From: Gammaproteobacteria bacterium | Lineage (GTDB): Bacteria; Pseudomonadota; Gammaproteobacteria; Chromatiales; Chromatiaceae | Assembly: GCA_024275295.1 (NCBI GenBank) | Contig: JAJRZI010000075.1 | Coordinates: 10,903-74,902, forward strand | DNA: 64,000 bases | Direction of reading: 5' to 3' | In this document: in pieces, positions 38,734 through 48,192 of the stretch | Numbering within the stretch: the stretch's first letter is position 1 | Layout: every line of letters starts with the position of its first letter | Notes under the pieces: model-generated | Told to the model about the DNA's origin: nothing | The model's database searches: none | The model's input: the letters and a program-made list of their open reading frames with translations, nothing else | Made by a program: the position numbers and the translations under genes

Positions 38734-39686
38734 CACGGCAGCTGGAATCCCTTGATATCTTTTGTATCGTGGCAACCACGACAAATGCCGGCATTCTTTT
38801 GGCTAATGCGCAGGCGCTTATGTGAGTCTGCGCCAGCATTGGCGCGTTCCCTTATCTGTACGCCCAGCTCATGTGGGTTGTGGCAGGTGCCACAGAAAAC
38901 ATTGCCGGTCACGATCTCCAGAGGCAGAATGACATCCTTCTCGGTGGCGATGATCTTGTTGGCCATCTTTGCGTCGGGTGCGGCTGCATGATAGATAGGG
39001 TCACCATTCTCCTTATAACCCATTACGCAGCCTACGGCATAGGCATCATCGGTGTGGCAGCGCAGACAGAGTTGGTCGAAACGACTCTGATTAAAAGTAA
39101 CGTCTTCAATGCTCTTTGCGTGCTTTCGGTCAGGGGTTATGTCGTGACAGTAGGTGCAAACATCTTCTTTAAGTTCGCCCTCTTCGTTGATCTGATTATG
39201 TGGGTTGAGTTTTTTGTATTTGGATCTGTCGTGGCAGTTGTAGCAGAGGTCGGTTCGGTTTTTGTAGGGTGCGCCCCGATGAAAGAGTCGGTTCTCTTTC
39301 TTACGATAAAATTCACTGTTTAGGCATTGGTAGCTGATCTTATGACAGACGGCGCAGGTGATTTGATTGTCGCCATTAAGGCCAGAAAGAAACTCCTCTG
39401 GCATCTTCTCCATCATGGTTCGAGGTGGAATCATGCAGGTTGCGTGGATGTATTTGTCTTTTGAAATGGTAGCGTGGCAACGGTTGCATAGCATGTTGAT
39501 GTCGCCATTAAAACGGAGTGCTGTTCTTCCGCCTCGTTCGGGTATCTGCTCATGACACTCCAGGCACTTGTCCTGTGTTTCTGACCAGTGTGGATAGATG
39601 TTCAGGTTTTCACTTGCAAAGGTTTGTGAGAACAGCAGTGAGATGAGCAGTGTTGTTATAAATAGTCGCATCAGTTTATCTTTCAT
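38733..39686 (-). CDS. octahaem c-type cytochrome (periplasmic)
   Basis: Start at ATG 39686 (MKDKLMRLFITTLLISLLFSQTFA signal peptide). 8 CxxCH. Co-linear homologue of 52034..53041. Confidence 0.85.
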   Translation of the reverse strand: MKDKLMRLFITTLLISLLFSQTFASENLNIYPHWSETQDKCLECHEQIPERGGRTALRFNGDINMLCNRCHATISKDKYIHATCMIPPRTMMEKMPEEFLSGLNGDNQITCAVCHKISYQCLNSEFYRKKENRLFHRGAPYKNRTDLCYNCHDRSKYKKLNPHNQINEEGELKEDVCTYCHDITPDRKHAKSIEDVTFNQSRFDQLCLRCHTDDAYAVGCVMGYKENGDPIYHAAAPDAKMANKIIATEKDVILPLEIVTGNVFCGTCHNPHELGVQIRERANAGADSHKRLRISQKNAGICRGCHDTKDIKGFQLP

Positions 39687-39959
39687 AGCGTTATATCTTT
39701 TCCCCAAGCCATCCTTGCCACCAAAATAGACCTTGCCAGAAGCAACGGTGGGGGAGGTGCAGATCAGATCACCGGCATCAAATTCCCACAGTGGCTCAAG
39801 CGGTGGTGCAAGATCAGGGGTCGATTGGGTGTTGAGTTGTGGGTTGTAGAGGAACATGGGCCAGGAGGCGGACTCTGCTGCTCCAGGAGGATGCCATATT
39901 GTCAGAAGGAGTGACGATAGCCACTTATGAGGTTTAGTTGTTGCCAATAGTGCGCTCAC
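39687..39959 (-). pseudogene. remnant of the 5' end of a PQQ/BamB-like beta-propeller gene, in frame with the octahaem ORF
   Basis: The upstream 91 codons of ORF 38733..39959 read ...SWPMFLYNPQLNTQSTPDLAPPLEPLWEFDAGDLICTSPTVASGKVYFGGKDG. This aligns with the N-terminus and first blade of 50786..51916 (WNALNGGSRHLSHSPDVIPLEPKNVWQVGIARRFYASPVVIGDRIFVAARGK). Confidence 0.45.
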
Positions 39960-40084
39960 ACCGTTAAGTCTTATTTCGCCAAAATGTCCAGGAATAGAAT
40001 CTTATAGGTAAAAATAACAGTGTTGTTGTTAGTGACAGAGGAATCCGCTTGTACGATGGCCTCCTCTGTCGCTGTTGTTGCCCC

Positions 40085-40909
40085 CTACGGCGTGTTTCTT
40101 CTGCCTCGGGTTCTGGAGGCAGGGTCAAACATCGTTGGCAGGTAAAATTTACTGTACTTGGTGATCATACTCGCCACTTCGCCGGTCTCCAAGCGGTTTG
40201 CAACCACGGGTGAGTAGAGGAGCGATCTGAAGTTCAGCAGACCGTTCTTTGTATGACACTCATCACAGAAGATGGGTTTTTGTGAGATCTCCTTATGGAT
40301 GCGAACCTTTGCCTCTGCCTGTTGGTCGGCGTTAAAGGTGGCGCGTAGGCTGAGGTACTCCTCAATGAATGCCTTGTCGGCAGATTCATCTAGCCGTCGG
40401 CCTATGCCATCCTCCGCAACTTTGATAGGTACAATCATGGCACCATAGCTGCCCGGTTTGCCCTCAAGCCTGCTGAGTTCCATGCCGGTTTTTTTATTGA
40501 GCCATTTATAGACGATGTGGTCACTCTCCGTGGGTCTGATATGGCAGGTTTCGCAGGCGGTGAAAAAGGCATGGGCATTCAGGAAAGCCCGTACATCGGG
40601 TGCCTTTGAGTGCGGATAGTTGCCGTGACACTTCAGGCAGAGTGAGATGGACTCGGCACCTTCCAGTACAGCCTGGTCAACATTATGAAAATGTTCTCTT
40701 GAGATGCCTGCGCCAGTGGCAATCTGTTCCAGCGCGGTCTGATCACTGCTGCTGACCAGGCCGGTGTCAAAGGTGGCACGGAAGAAGGTGATCCACAGCA
40801 ACCAGAGTGCAAAGCCGGCAAGCAGGATGAATATGGATGCCATCAGGATATCCACCAGTAACCGTTTAAAGGGGGGCATGTCGGTGTGATGATTATGCAT
40901 TGTCGCCAT
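40085..40909 (-). CDS. membrane-anchored trihaem c-type cytochrome
   Basis: 274 aa. One N-terminal TM (LLVDILMASIFILLAGFALWLLWITFF). CLKCH, CETCH, CDECH. Homologue of 55469..56383. Confidence 0.75.
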   Translation of the reverse strand: MATMHNHHTDMPPFKRLLVDILMASIFILLAGFALWLLWITFFRATFDTGLVSSSDQTALEQIATGAGISREHFHNVDQAVLEGAESISLCLKCHGNYPHSKAPDVRAFLNAHAFFTACETCHIRPTESDHIVYKWLNKKTGMELSRLEGKPGSYGAMIVPIKVAEDGIGRRLDESADKAFIEEYLSLRATFNADQQAEAKVRIHKEISQKPIFCDECHTKNGLLNFRSLLYSPVVANRLETGEVASMITKYSKFYLPTMFDPASRTRGRRNTP

Positions 40910-41615
40910 TCCCCTCTGATGTTGCTTCTGCTTTTTCTGTGGCCAGCCGCTCCAGTTCGCGTTCGTACCAGAGTCCGTGCTCTTCTTTCATCATGCTTTC
41001 TGAGATCTTGCCGTCAATAAATGCTTTGTTCATAGGGTAGACATGGGGGTTGTAATGCACTGAAAAGATATGCCCGATAATGATGGCAAGGGCTGCCAGG
41101 GTGGCTTCACCCAGGTGGAAGGTGTCTGCGATATCCAGCCAAAATTTGGGCCAGTATTGCTCTGTCCACATCATGGTGCCGGTGACGATCACGATGAACA
41201 TGCCAAAGTAGACGGAGAAGTACTCTACTTTTTCCAGATAGGTGAAACGCTCCATTTTAGGTCGTGCCTCTCTGAAACCCAGCATGTAGCTGACGTTTTG
41301 TACAGCAAAGGTGGCGTCGCTCATGCGTGGCAGCATGTCTTTGATCCAGCTGCGTCCCTCGGCTTGTAAAACAACATAGCCCAGGTGGTAGAGGCAGACC
41401 AGTGTTACAGAGACCCCCGCTATCCGGTGCACAATGCCGCGCCAGTAGAAGATGGTGTCACCCGCACTGCCAAACATCTCAATGACCCAACGCTCGCCCA
41501 TCAGCATGAACCCGGTGAGGATCAGCAGGCCGGTGGAGACGAAGAGTATGACGTGTTGTATGCGTTGGCTTTTGGTAAGCCGAACAAAGCTTCTTTCATT
41601 TTTGCTATGGCTCAT
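40893..41615 (-). CDS. dihaem cytochrome b, FdnI/HydC (Ni_hydr_CYTB) type
   Basis: 240 aa with 4 TM. RIQHVILFVSTGLLILTG signature and conserved His in TM2 and TM4. ATGA overlap with the upstream cytochrome c gene. Confidence 0.8.
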   Translation of the reverse strand: MSHSKNERSFVRLTKSQRIQHVILFVSTGLLILTGFMLMGERWVIEMFGSAGDTIFYWRGIVHRIAGVSVTLVCLYHLGYVVLQAEGRSWIKDMLPRMSDATFAVQNVSYMLGFREARPKMERFTYLEKVEYFSVYFGMFIVIVTGTMMWTEQYWPKFWLDIADTFHLGEATLAALAIIIGHIFSVHYNPHVYPMNKAFIDGKISESMMKEEHGLWYERELERLATEKAEATSEGNGDNA

Positions 41616-42739
41616 GATGTATGTCTCCCCAACTTGGCAGCTCTGAGGGCAATTTTGCGCTCTCTGTGTGTGGCGTAAAGATCGGCTAAACGGTGAAATC
41701 CCAGTCCTCCCACTACGGCGATAATTAGGATCTTATAGAACAGTGCGATCATCTCAATGACCCAGGCTTGGAACTCTTGCTCCTCTTGATAGATGGTTAC
41801 GCCATCTTCATCTACACGCTCAGTCATAACGTTGGATGGGTGCGCTTTACCTTTGTTGGCAAAGGCTTCCTGTGCATCGGCATGACAGCCTGATTGCCGA
41901 CAGTCTCTCAGTTTGTTGTCGGGATGGACAGGCGATGAGCTATCGGTGTGAGAGATAATTCGGTGAGGTGAAAATCCCAGCTGATAGGGCGCATGACAGT
42001 TCAGGCAGTTGGCGACATCTTCATCACCATAGACGATGGCTTTGCCGTGGAAGGTGTCTTTAAAGCCAATAACCACGTCCACTTCATGCCGATCCATCTT
42101 CTCTTTGTCGGCATGACATTTGCTGCACAGGGCGACGACCTGCTTGGATGATCTACGGGTTTGGGCACGGTAGAACATGTGCTTGTAGAAGCGATTGGTC
42201 CAGGCCTCTGATTCGTGGCATTCCAGGCAGACCTTGATGAACTGCATTGATTTCAGCTCTTTACCAATACCGATCTGGTAAGGCTTGTTGGTGTGGCAGT
42301 CCTTGCATTTGGGTAGATCCTTGATGAGGTCGGGTTTTTTTGTACCATCCGGGCCATGGGCGCTCTTTCTCAGGTCGTTCACGATGGATTTGTGTGAGAA
42401 GGCCCGCCCGGTGGATGGGTCATTCAGATGGCAGTCGGTGGCGCAGTCTACGTTTTTGACATCGGTATGAGGTATCTCTTCAACGCCGGTGTGGCAGTTT
42501 TTACATCTGAGCTTGCCGTGGTAAGAGGCTTTGAAGAGCTCTTCATTGACATAAAAGATGCGCTTGACCGCCTTCTGTTCCTCATTTTTGGCATACCGCC
42601 CCAGGCCAGCGTATTTATGGCACATGAGGCAGTTTTCATCATCTACGGCCATGGCAGCAGCCGGGATGAAAAGAGTAAGAAAGGCGGTCAGCAGAAATAG
42701 GGCAACGGTAATGTCCCGTGCGGTGTGCTTGGTCTTCAT
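41612..42739 (-). CDS. multihaem c-type cytochrome with C-terminal membrane anchor (8 haem sites: 6 CxxCH + CX3CH + CX4CH), CbcA-like
   Basis: ORF 41612..42772. Signal peptide from ATG 42739. C-terminal TM (VIEMIALFYKILIIAVVGGLGF). Homologue of 53076..54185. Confidence 0.8.
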   Translation of the reverse strand: MKTKHTARDITVALFLLTAFLTLFIPAAAMAVDDENCLMCHKYAGLGRYAKNEEQKAVKRIFYVNEELFKASYHGKLRCKNCHTGVEEIPHTDVKNVDCATDCHLNDPSTGRAFSHKSIVNDLRKSAHGPDGTKKPDLIKDLPKCKDCHTNKPYQIGIGKELKSMQFIKVCLECHESEAWTNRFYKHMFYRAQTRRSSKQVVALCSKCHADKEKMDRHEVDVVIGFKDTFHGKAIVYGDEDVANCLNCHAPYQLGFSPHRIISHTDSSSPVHPDNKLRDCRQSGCHADAQEAFANKGKAHPSNVMTERVDEDGVTIYQEEQEFQAWVIEMIALFYKILIIAVVGGLGFHRLADLYATHRERKIALRAAKLGRHTS

Positions 42740-42939
42740 ACGGAGATTAATTCCACTGTAGTGGTTGGGCATGCTGAGGTCATTCGAATCACTTGTTTGC
42801 AGGGAGGTAAGGGGGGACTAGGGTGTTAAGTTGGCTTGACATTTAATACGAAACTCTATACTTGAGAAAACAAAGGGTTATTTTGACGTGAAATAGAAAG
42901 CGTTGCAACCTACTATTTTGCTTAGGTATTTCCTCATCT

Positions 42940-44718
42940 CTAGGGTGTTCCTTGTGTCCGGGTTGGCGCCAGGTTGCGGATTAATTCCAGCAGCTCTCTT
43001 GCTTCCCGGTTTTGCGGGAAGAGGGTGAGTTCCTGAAGCAACTCCGTGCGGGCGGCGGCTATTTGACCCACTGCCAGATAGGCCCTGGCTCGCATCAGAT
43101 GCAGCTTTCTGTGGCGTGCCCGGGTTCTGGCCAATTCGTCCATTGCGCGCATGACCATGCCGGGATTATTAAGCTTCAGATACAGCTTGGCAAGGTTGAT
43201 CAGACAGTCCGGCATGGATGAGTATTTAAGTGATTTGTTCATGTAGGTTTTGGCCGGGCCATACTGCTGCAGATGCATGGATGCGATTCCCATGTTGCAG
43301 TAGAGTGATGCCCAGGCAACCTGGTTTTCATCGTAGGCATTTTCAACACCCTGTTGAAAGATCTCCATGGCCTTGGCAGGTCGGTTTTTTATATCCCAAA
43401 TAATACCCAGGTTGATATAGGCTCTCAGGCTGCCAGGGGACTTTTCCACGCTCTCTTCCCAGAATTTTGTTGGATCTCCCCATACGGCGGCGCGGCTATG
43501 CCAGCTGAGCAGAAAGAGCACCATTAATATGACAGTTGGGATCAATATGGTTAGTTGTGGCTTGTTCTGCCTGGCCAGCCAATAGGCGACAGGCAGAAAC
43601 AGAAAGATGGATGGCAGGTAGTTGCGGTGGACAAAGGCCATCTCCAGCTGAATGAAGGTGGATTCAAGCAGATGGTTGATAAAAAACCAGAAAATTGCCA
43701 GCCATAGGAGTGGATACCGTTTGATCTGCAGGCTTGAGATAACTAAGAGTAAAACAATGCCGCTCCAGGAAAGAAGGGTGGTGATGGGGTTGAATAGCGT
43801 GTGTGACAGAGGGTATTTGAGTACAAAGGCCAGTCGGTCAGGATGCGGGAAGAAGAGCAGGCTGAGATAGTGGATCAATACCCGGCCCTGGGTCAGCAGA
43901 CGCTCTGTATTGGTGAATACGCGGTTGCCGGAGTCTTTGAGTAATCCCTGGATAATCTGAACGGGGCTGTAGCCGAGTGCCATGGCGCCTAATGCGGGTA
44001 CGACCAGCACGGCGCCCAGCAGGCAGGCCAGGCGTTTTCTGCGCGCCGGGGTGCCGCCGATGCGATCAGGTGGCAGTACAAATTCCAATACCAGTAACCC
44101 AAGTGGGAGCAGCGCAGCGTTCTCTTTGCTGGCAATGCCTGCGATAAAACTGGCTGTGAGCGCACTCCACCATCTCCAGCCGTGAGGGGACTCCCGTGTG
44201 TGCAGATAGGCAATGACCCCCAGAAGATAGAATGTGGCGGAGAGGAGTGTCATGCGCTGAATGACATAGAAAACGGTATCAGCATGAAAGGGATTCAGCC
44301 CCCAAAGCAGGGCGCACAGAAGTGCGGCGCTGTCTGCAATCTGTGGGCTGTTGCCAAAATGGGTCAGGAGGCGTCGGCAGAGAAAGAAGAGAATGATGAT
44401 ATTCAGACAGTGGATCAGGGTGTTGATGATCCGTCCTGATTTTGGTGTTAGCCCAACGATATTGTTTTCAATCAAAAAAGATAGGGTTGGAATAGGGCGC
44501 TGGGCTGCCGGGTAGGGGTTGTCAAAAATGGTATTGTGAATCTTGTCCCAAGAGAGTGAGGGTTCCCTTAAATAGGAGATGGATCGAAAGTGCCCTTCGG
44601 AATCGAGATAAAAACGCCCGGTTGTTGAATTCCAGCTGGCAGTCACTATGGCAGCTGATGCTATCAACAGCAGAACTGTGGATAGCAATACCCTCTGGAG
44701 TGCTGGCTTAGCTAGCAT
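42940..44718 (-). CDS. polytopic membrane protein with C-terminal TPR repeats (PMT/TMTC-like glycosyltransferase architecture)
   Basis: 592 aa. About 10 TM in the first ~400 aa, then TPR-like repeats (AYINLGIIW, ASLYCNMGIA, CLINLAKLYL, ARAYLAVGQ). Confidence 0.6.
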   Translation of the reverse strand: MLAKPALQRVLLSTVLLLIASAAIVTASWNSTTGRFYLDSEGHFRSISYLREPSLSWDKIHNTIFDNPYPAAQRPIPTLSFLIENNIVGLTPKSGRIINTLIHCLNIIILFFLCRRLLTHFGNSPQIADSAALLCALLWGLNPFHADTVFYVIQRMTLLSATFYLLGVIAYLHTRESPHGWRWWSALTASFIAGIASKENAALLPLGLLVLEFVLPPDRIGGTPARRKRLACLLGAVLVVPALGAMALGYSPVQIIQGLLKDSGNRVFTNTERLLTQGRVLIHYLSLLFFPHPDRLAFVLKYPLSHTLFNPITTLLSWSGIVLLLVISSLQIKRYPLLWLAIFWFFINHLLESTFIQLEMAFVHRNYLPSIFLFLPVAYWLARQNKPQLTILIPTVILMVLFLLSWHSRAAVWGDPTKFWEESVEKSPGSLRAYINLGIIWDIKNRPAKAMEIFQQGVENAYDENQVAWASLYCNMGIASMHLQQYGPAKTYMNKSLKYSSMPDCLINLAKLYLKLNNPGMVMRAMDELARTRARHRKLHLMRARAYLAVGQIAAARTELLQELTLFPQNREARELLELIRNLAPTRTQGTP

Positions 44719-44735
44719 GCTGCGACCAGTGGCCC

Positions 44736-45881
<1,146 letters not shown>

Positions 45882-45925
45882 CTATACACCAAGATTCTAT
45901 ATTTACCCTCTTTGTGGAGTGAGAA

Positions 45926-47053
45926 GTGAGTAGATCAACTAATTGTCTTCAACGTTGTTATGTGTTGCTTGTTACATTGCTGTTATTGGTTGCTGCAGTG
46001 GGACTCAGTGGTTGCGTCGAAAAGCCGAGGAAGGTTCTGGAAGAGCCAAAAAATCTAGTCTGGCCTATGCCGCCAGAGCAACCAAGGATCCGCTACATAA
46101 AGAGCTGGCGTGGGCAAATAAATTTTAAAAAGCGCAGTGACTTTAAAGATGCGCTGCTTGGCATTGATCATCAGGGTCTTTATCTGGCCAAGCCATATGG
46201 TGTTGCAGTCAATGCAGATGGTAGCCGTATGTATGTTACAGATGCCAAATTGCGAGGTGTGGTTGTCTTTGATATGAAGAAGGAACAGGTCTACATGTTG
46301 AAAACGGATGCAATGGGTGGGTTGGCATCACCTGTTGAGGTGCGTGTTGATAGTAAGGGGCGAATCTATGTTACGGACAGCTTTGGTGGAAAGCTGATGG
46401 TCTATAAGCCCAATGGAGAGACTTTGAGAACATTAGGAAGGGCTGATGGGATGAAACGGCCAACAGGCTTGGCACTTGATGAGGCGCACAACCGAATCTA
46501 TGTTAGCGATGTAGTGAGTCACCAGATTATGGTGTACGATTTTGATGGCCATTTTATTAAACGCTTTTCTGAGCGGGGATCTGATCCGGGTTATCTAAAC
46601 TTTCCAAATAACCTGGCAGTGGATAAGGATGGAAAGATATACGTTACAGACAGTGGTAATTTCAGGGTGCAGATTTTTTCACCTGAAGGTGAATATCTCT
46701 CAGGCTTTGGAAAGCTTGGGGACGGCTTTGGAGCTTTTGCCCGGCCAAAAGGGATAGCAGTAGATAGTGATAATCATGTATATGTACTTGATGCGGCATT
46801 TGGAAATTATCAGATTTTTAATAATGCGGGCCAATTGCTCTTGTTTGTTGGTACAGTAGGCAGAGGCCCCGGTATGTTTTGGTTGCCTGCGGGCATGTAT
46901 ATTGATAATAACGATAAAATTTATGTTGTTGATTCGCTTAATAAACGGGTGCAGGTTTTCCAGTATATAAAGGAAGAGGAGACTGAAAGCACAGCAATAC
47001 CTAAAGCAGTCTCAAATGGAGGAACTGCTAAGGCGGTTGATTCAGGTAGGTAG
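45926..47053 (+). CDS. NHL-repeat beta-propeller lipoprotein
   Basis: 375 aa. Lipobox LSGC. Repeats YVTDSFGGKLMVYKPNG, YVSDVVSHQIMVYDFDG, YVTDSGNFRVQIFSPEG, YVVDSLNKRVQVFQ. Confidence 0.85.
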   Translation: MSRSTNCLQRCYVLLVTLLLLVAAVGLSGCVEKPRKVLEEPKNLVWPMPPEQPRIRYIKSWRGQINFKKRSDFKDALLGIDHQGLYLAKPYGVAVNADGSRMYVTDAKLRGVVVFDMKKEQVYMLKTDAMGGLASPVEVRVDSKGRIYVTDSFGGKLMVYKPNGETLRTLGRADGMKRPTGLALDEAHNRIYVSDVVSHQIMVYDFDGHFIKRFSERGSDPGYLNFPNNLAVDKDGKIYVTDSGNFRVQIFSPEGEYLSGFGKLGDGFGAFARPKGIAVDSDNHVYVLDAAFGNYQIFNNAGQLLLFVGTVGRGPGMFWLPAGMYIDNNDKIYVVDSLNKRVQVFQYIKEEETESTAIPKAVSNGGTAKAVDSGR

Positions 47054-47363
47054 TTGGGCTTTGAAAGTGGAGTCTTATTAAAATTCCATTATTTCAGGAT
47101 TGATAAGACTAAGTTGCTTATATAATTTGATTGTTTTTTTTTAGTAAAGCACTGATAACAGCATGAAATATAAAAACATTATGCTTTATTATGAGATGCT
47201 CAAGCACAAGATGTGTCATGGAGTAGAATCTAGCTAAAGGCAAAGTGCTGTGCTAAAGTTGAATGTAAGGGCTGGCTCTTAATACGCACGGCAGGGCGTG
47301 GGTAAGCTGAATTGAGTATACTGTTGTTACAGCGTTACAGCATATTAATTGCGGGGGGTAAAA

Positions 47364-48137
47364 ATGCGCAGGAATGTATCACTATTAGTAGCTGCGGGTG
47401 CGGTCTTAGCGTTCTCGCTAGGCGGGATAGCAAACGCAGGTATCGAATTAACCAAGCACAATATGTCTTCTGGTGCAACGAGTACCATTAAGTCTGTAGT
47501 TGGTGCAACGGGTACAGACGAGATCTGTATTTTTTGTCATACGCCACACATGAACGTTACCAAGGGTGATGTGTTGCCACTTTGGAATCACAGGTTGAGC
47601 AGTGGCGTGGGTAGTTACACTATGTATAAGAGTGCTTCATTCAATGGGGCTGATAACTATGGTCTTCTCCAAGCAGTAACATTAAACACCCCAACTACCC
47701 CTGCGGACTTAGTTACAGGCAATATGTCTGTAACCAATCTGTGTCTCTCATGTCATGATGGCACGCAGGCTGTGAATGCAATGTTTAATCCGCCAAACAG
47801 GCTTAATGCCAATCCAGTTATGACAGGCGGGGGTGGTGCAGGTAGCGCCTATATTCCCAACACTTCAAATGCCTATCTTGGTACAGATCTTCAAAATGAT
47901 CACCCGGTAAACTTTACCTATTCAGTATCCCAGACTGTTTCTGATGAGACCTTGCATACAGAAGGAGGGGGTGGTGTACAGTGGAATGGTGAGACTGTTC
48001 GGTTATTCAATGGTACGGTTCAGTGTGCTTCGTGCCATGATCCACATAAGGACTATGTTACAAGTACAGAGTTTACTCCATTCCTCCGCGTGACAATTTC
48101 AGGAAGCAAGCTGTGCCTGACATGTCATGATAAGTAG
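47364..48137 (+). CDS. tetrahaem c-type cytochrome, small secreted family (HN-x-S ... IC-x-FCHTPH ... PLWN)
   Basis: ATG 47364 is preceded by GGGGGG. Signal peptide. CIFCH, CLSCH, CASCH, CLTCH. Paralogous to 61013..61891 and 63094..>64000. Confidence 0.8.
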   Translation: MRRNVSLLVAAGAVLAFSLGGIANAGIELTKHNMSSGATSTIKSVVGATGTDEICIFCHTPHMNVTKGDVLPLWNHRLSSGVGSYTMYKSASFNGADNYGLLQAVTLNTPTTPADLVTGNMSVTNLCLSCHDGTQAVNAMFNPPNRLNANPVMTGGGGAGSAYIPNTSNAYLGTDLQNDHPVNFTYSVSQTVSDETLHTEGGGGVQWNGETVRLFNGTVQCASCHDPHKDYVTSTEFTPFLRVTISGSKLCLTCHDK

Positions 48138-48162
48138 CTAGGAGAATTTACTCCCGCATTAC

Positions 48163-48192
48163 AAAAAAGAGGGCTATTAAGCCCTCTTTTTT
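48163..48192 (+). terminator. rho-independent (bidirectional-looking) terminator
   Basis: AAAAAA-GAGGGCT-ATTA-AGCCCTC-TTTTTT. Confidence 0.8.

Noticed and set aside
42776-42800. TTCGAATC string reminiscent of a tRNA T-loop, upstream of cytochrome set 1.
   Set aside because: There is no flanking GG/CC T-stem, acceptor stem or anticodon arm. No tRNA cloverleaf can be drawn.
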